Source of the DNA: a virus
Taxonomy: Duplodnaviria > Heunggongvirae > Uroviricota > Caudoviricetes
DNA: 9,579 bases
Strand: one strand, 5' to 3'
IMG/VR virus record: IMGVR_UViG_2690316286_000014
A program made the translations under genes and the position numbers. The notes below the pieces were generated by a model. It was not told the DNA's origin, did not search any database, and was given only the letters and a program-made list of their open reading frames with translations. Below, piece after piece: positions 6,657-9,579 of this stretch (its first letter is position 1; each line of letters begins with the position of its first letter).

Positions 6657-7856
6657 TTACCCCCTGAAGCCTGGCGGGATCGCACTGTCCGGCAACGAGA
6701 CGGTGTTAACCTGTCGGAGCAACGTCTCAGGCCGAACACCTTTCGGCGCGAACAGACCCTGGTATTCATTGGCGATGCTGTGTCGAATCACCTGCTCAGG
6801 TGTAAAACCCTGCTGACGGAATTTTTCCAGTTCCCGTATCGCCCCGTTAGCGCCCTGCTCCGTTCGAATCGGTTTTCGCAATGCCTGCCTGAACTGGACC
6901 CACTCATGCCAGAGTGTTTCTGGCAACCAGTCGGGCAGATCAACTGACAACGGGTCAAATTTTTTCTGGCGAACAGCCCCACCGATAACCAGAATTCCCT
7001 GCTCGGTGTGCCTTGCGATATCACTGCGCCGCAAGACACATATCCCGGTTTCAACAGCACCGATTTTGAGCAGTGATTTCTGTCGCGGAGAATTTCGGTC
7101 AAGCTCGCTCCCACACCGGACACCGTTCCTGTCAGTCACGACGATATCAATCCGCCCTCCGCAACCGTCACCACGCTCTGGCACCGGATACTCACGACAG
7201 ACATCCAGGCCAGCAGCCTGCAACGCAACCACCGCAGAATTACAAAATTCCGCTGCAGTACCGCCAGATAATCTCCCCTCAAGCACTCCAGCCACAAAAT
7301 CCCGAAACTCCCTTCCGGAAGGGAAGGGTTTGGGATGGGTTAGATCTGTTTTTAGATCTTTATCTGTATCTTTATTAGTTGCCTTTGTGTTGGCATCATG
7401 TTCGAACATCACTCCAACATCTGTTTGAACACCTGTTAAATTTCTCTCTTGTTTTGTTTGAACATCTGCTTCCTTTCTGCTTCTTCTGGCCTGAACAGAT
7501 GCTTTTCCTGCGGCTGATTTTTTGGTTAATTTTTCTCTGACAGATGCCAGATCTTCCTCAATCCGAAGATGCATCCATTCGTCGCCGTTATCACAAAAAA
7601 ACTCCCGCAAGGATGGTTCAACATCAACCCATCGCTCGTTAGTCAGACGGGCAATTTTTGCCAACCTGTTTTTGGGTATTGGCTTTCCTGTTTGCCAGTA
7701 ATTGAACATCAGCAACAAATACGCGCCGTGCTCCTCTGCTGACAAATGCATGGTGTCAGCCAGGTAATCAGCTATGTACAGTTGCATGTATGGTAATGCG
7801 GCCATAATTGCCCCGTATGATGCTGCCCGGTTGCTTAGAATAAGCACAAACAGCAT
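6657..7856 (-). CDS. Phage replication initiation protein: DUF1376-like N-terminal domain plus DnaT-like C-terminal domain (YdaU-like, 399 aa; true start may be the internal ATG near 7805)
   Basis: N-terminus MAALPYMQLYIADYLADTMHLSAEEHGAYLLLMFNYWQTG is DUF1376-like. C-terminus ...VNTVSLPDSAIPPGFRG matches the DnaT C-terminus as recalled. A low-complexity K/T/D-rich linker lies between them. The stop is 4 nt upstream of the DnaC-like start, a dnaT-dnaC-like pairing. Confidence 0.85.
   Translation of the reverse strand: MLFVLILSNRAASYGAIMAALPYMQLYIADYLADTMHLSAEEHGAYLLLMFNYWQTGKPIPKNRLAKIARLTNERWVDVEPSLREFFCDNGDEWMHLRIEEDLASVREKLTKKSAAGKASVQARRSRKEADVQTKQERNLTGVQTDVGVMFEHDANTKATNKDTDKDLKTDLTHPKPFPSGREFRDFVAGVLEGRLSGGTAAEFCNSAVVALQAAGLDVCREYPVPERGDGCGGRIDIVVTDRNGVRCGSELDRNSPRQKSLLKIGAVETGICVLRRSDIARHTEQGILVIGGAVRQKKFDPLSVDLPDWLPETLWHEWVQFRQALRKPIRTEQGANGAIRELEKFRQQGFTPEQVIRHSIANEYQGLFAPKGVRPETLLRQVNTVSLPDSAIPPGFRG
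7340..7505. repeat. Iteron-like direct and inverted repeats with an adjacent AT-rich segment: candidate replication origin inside the initiator gene
   Basis: Near-identical 14-mers TGTTTGAACACCTG (7422-7435) and TGTTTGAACATCTG (7455-7468); related copies TGTTCGAACATC (7399-7410) and AACATCTGTT (7416-7425); inverted copy CCTGAACAGATGC (7489-7501). An AT-rich block at 7340-7378 contains TTAGATCT twice. Confidence 0.4.
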
Positions 7857-7868
7857 GGAAACTTTTGC

Positions 7869-8290
7869 TTAATGAACAATGACAGAATCGTCGGAAGACC
7901 CGCCGCCGCTGAAATGCGCTTTCCGGTAAACGGCCTGGACTGCATCATCATGCGCATCAATTGCCGTACTCAACGCTTCCTGCGCCGCCAGTAATGCACG
8001 GCGTTCCAGGGTATCGAAGATGCAGAGTCGGTGACGCAGCTCGCGCGGAAGAATTGCCAGAACCGCAGGGATCAGTTTCTGAATTTTTTCCCTTTGCGCT
8101 TTCGTTTCACCTTTCAACCAACGGTGATAGATATTCTGCTGATTGTTCCAGTCCTTGCCTGGTACAAGGGGCAATTCGCCGCCCCCCTGGCGCAGATATT
8201 CTTCAGTAATTGCGTTAGCGACCCACGCCTGCCCTTTTTCGGCTGCCAGGGCAACAGCACTGATTCGATGTGCTCATGCCTGATTTTCAT
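7869..8290 (-). CDS. YdaT/CII-like prophage regulator with an apparent frameshift near 8252-8256 (possible pseudogene or sequencing error)
   Basis: ATG at 8290-8288 overlaps the Cro-like stop (ATGA) and reads MKIRHEHIESVLL before drifting into rare codons and a stop. The coding-like frame with E. coli codon usage (...ALAAEKGQAWVANAITEEYLRQGGGELPLVPGKDWNNQQ...SDDSVIVH) is offset by one and has no standard start before the TTG at 8174 (track ORF 7869..8174). One extra base in the + strand run GCAACAG would join the two into about 140 aa, the size I recall for YdaT. Confidence 0.6.
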
Positions 8291-8529
8291 GAATCAACCG
8301 CTCCTATGCTGTTTTCGCTATGCTTACCGTCTGGGGGGAATACATCGTCAAGTCCACAATGAGCGCCAAGCCGATTAAGGGTAGAAACAATTTTTCTGCA
8401 CTCCTCTAGTCCAGGGGTACGAAAATTTGCTTCGTAATTTGCCAGTCGGCTTTGTATCCACCCTAACTGAACAGCAAGTTGTCTTTGAGACAGCCCAAGC
8501 TGTTTTCGATATGTTGAAATTTTGTTCAT
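8287..8529 (-). CDS. Cro-like XRE-family helix-turn-helix regulator (80 aa)
   Basis: ATG at 8529 with GGAGG 5 nt upstream. HTH segment LGLSQRQLAVQLGWIQSRLANYE. Divergent from the repressor gene. Confidence 0.85.
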   Translation of the reverse strand: MNKISTYRKQLGLSQRQLAVQLGWIQSRLANYEANFRTPGLEECRKIVSTLNRLGAHCGLDDVFPPDGKHSENSIGAVDS

Positions 8530-8625
8530 TGAAAACCTCCGATGACAATTTTAAACACACCTTGTGTTATATAGCCAAGCTGTTTTGTGTTTTATGTAAA
8601 TCACGATTCGTGATACAAGGATGCA
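8530..8625. promoter_or_regulatory. Divergent promoter/operator region of the immunity switch
   Basis: 96-bp intergenic region between divergent HTH genes. Contains the 7-1-7 inverted repeat ATCACGAtTCGTGAT (8600-8614), AACAC-N5-GTGTT (8554-8568) and TTGTGTT twice (8562-8568, 8585-8591). A minus-strand promoter candidate is -35 TTGGCT (8578-8573) with -10 TAAAAT (8553-8548). Confidence 0.55.
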
Positions 8626-9045
8626 ATGGAAAAAGAAAACGAAAAAATTGCCGCTAGTAGGCTCAATGACAAAATTGCAATGCGTCTTAAAGAGCGCAGG
8701 CAGAAGCTTGGTTTATCTCAAGGAAAACTTGCTGAAATCTGCGGATGGACGCAATCGCGTATAGGTAACTATGAGGCGGGCAGCAGAAATGTTGGAGTAC
8801 ATGACGCTGTCGTATTGGGAAAGGCACTTGGCATATCTCCTCCTGAGCTCCTCTTTGGAGAACAGGAATCTTCTGAATTGTGGTTAAATGAATCCCAACG
8901 AAAACTTCTTGAGTTGTTTAACCAGCTACCGGGCTCAGAACAACAACGAATGATTGAGCTATTTGAAGTCCGGCTAAAAGAAATCGATGAGTATGTAGAA
9001 AAATATTTGAGAGGCAGGATTAAAGATAATCCCCCACCGGAATAA
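8626..9045 (+). CDS. CI/DicA-like XRE-family HTH prophage repressor (139 aa), no LexA-like autocleavage domain
   Basis: HTH segment LGLSQGKLAEICGWTQSRIGNYEAG. The C-terminal LLELFNQLPGSEQQ resembles the DicA C-terminus as recalled. ATG at 8626 with AAGGA upstream; stop TAA at 9043-9045. Confidence 0.9.
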   Translation: MEKENEKIAASRLNDKIAMRLKERRQKLGLSQGKLAEICGWTQSRIGNYEAGSRNVGVHDAVVLGKALGISPPELLFGEQESSELWLNESQRKLLELFNQLPGSEQQRMIELFEVRLKEIDEYVEKYLRGRIKDNPPPE

Positions 9046-9075
9046 TGATCTTGCTATCACAGTAATATGCCAATC

Positions 9076-9099
9076 AGCCCGCTATCAGCGGGCTTTTTT
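9076..9099 (+). terminator. Rho-independent terminator downstream of the repressor gene
   Basis: 8-bp stem AGCCCGCT/AGCGGGCT (9076-9083 with 9087-9094), loop ATC, followed by TTTTT (9095-9099). Confidence 0.7.
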
Positions 9100-9141
9100 G
9101 TAGCATCATCATATGACACTCACCATAAAACACATTGCGTG

Positions 9142-9170
9142 TTGACACAAGAAAACAAATTGTGTTTAAT
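9142..9170 (+). promoter_or_regulatory. Sigma70 promoter (PL-like) for the rightward small-gene operon
   Basis: -35 TTGACA (9142-9147), 17-nt spacer, -10 TTTAAT (9165-9170). The spacer carries ACAA...TTGT / TTGTGTT elements resembling those in the 8530-8625 operator region. Confidence 0.55.
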
Positions 9171-9350
9171 AAGCATATCCAAACAACGCCCCACCAGAGA
9201 ACGGCAGGACAATACCTCGAGTTATCCAGTCACTGAACAGGGCTAAGTAGCCAGCCTGAGGCATACGAACATGACGGCAGTTGTTGATTGATACAAAGCG
9301 CAGTAGATAAAACGTTCCGCCACCCGGCGTTAAGGGGAAATGGGGTCAAC

Positions 9351-9506
9351 ATGAATACTATCGATCTTGGCAACAACGAATCTCTGGTATGTGGCGTGTT
9401 TCCCAATCAAGACGGCACATTCACCGCCATGACGTATACCAAAAGCAAAACGTTTAAAACCGAAGCTGGCGCACGTCGTTGGTTGGGAAGACATTCAGGT
9501 GAGTAA
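9351..9506 (+). CDS. Small phage protein (51 aa), first gene downstream of the PL-like promoter
   Basis: ATG at 9351 (MNTIDLGNNESLVCGVFPNQDGTFTAMTYTKSKTFKTEAGARRWLGRHSGE); internal start within track ORF 9288..9506. Its position after the repressor resembles the small ydaF/ydaG-type genes of Rac-like prophages. No motif recognised. Confidence 0.45.
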   Translation: MNTIDLGNNESLVCGVFPNQDGTFTAMTYTKSKTFKTEAGARRWLGRHSGE

Positions 9507-9579
9507 AATGAACGAGACAGAATTAAAACACGTTATCGCTCTACTCCTAAATAGCTGCGCGGAATAGTAGATCACTTTG

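Noticed and set aside
5980-7428. Plus-strand ORFs 5980..6210, 6041..6232, 6216..6947, 6511..6816, 7006..7428, 7073..7378 and minus-strand 6788..7123
   Set aside because: Antisense or out of frame within the strongly supported DnaC-like and replication-initiator genes; translations are low-complexity or rich in rare codons.
7961-8657. Track ORFs 7961..8209 (+), 8031..8378 (+), 8375..8560 (-) and 8427..8657 (+)
   Set aside because: They overlap the Cro-like and YdaT-like genes or the operator region in other frames or strands, with no ribosome-binding sites and no motifs.
9508-9567. 19-codon ORF at the right edge as a gene
   Set aside because: Too short to call from sequence alone; mentioned in findings only.
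1-9579. CRISPR array, tRNA/rRNA genes, IS element or integrase
   Set aside because: No spaced direct repeats of CRISPR type, no tRNA- or rRNA-like sequence, no transposase-like or integrase-like ORFs and no terminal inverted repeats were seen in the readable sequence.

Overview
The window reads as the early/immunity region of a lambdoid (Rac/Qin-like) enterobacterial prophage, transcribed almost entirely on the minus strand. At the right end is a divergent immunity switch: a CI/DicA-like XRE repressor on + (8626-9045) facing a Cro-like HTH gene on - (8287-8529), with an operator-rich intergenic region, then a terminator and a strong promoter leading into small + strand genes. Leftward on the minus strand follow a YdaT/CII-like gene with an apparent frameshift, a replication initiator (DUF1376-like N-terminus, DnaT-like C-terminus) carrying iteron-like repeats, a DnaC-like helicase loader, a second diverged DnaC-like/winged-helix copy mostly hidden by N-runs, two winged-helix-type proteins and a small coupled ORF. 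The most interesting part is an AT-rich cargo locus (1288-3165) encoding an ImmA/IrrE-type HEXXH metallopeptidase domain with an unrecognisable N-terminal region, immediately upstream of a mok/hok type I toxin locus. A phage ORF runs off the left edge. Three N-runs (2192-2687, 4831-5281, 5351-5633) interrupt genes, so several calls are partial. No tRNA, rRNA, CRISPR array or transposase was seen. All family assignments are from reading motifs by eye; no database search was run.
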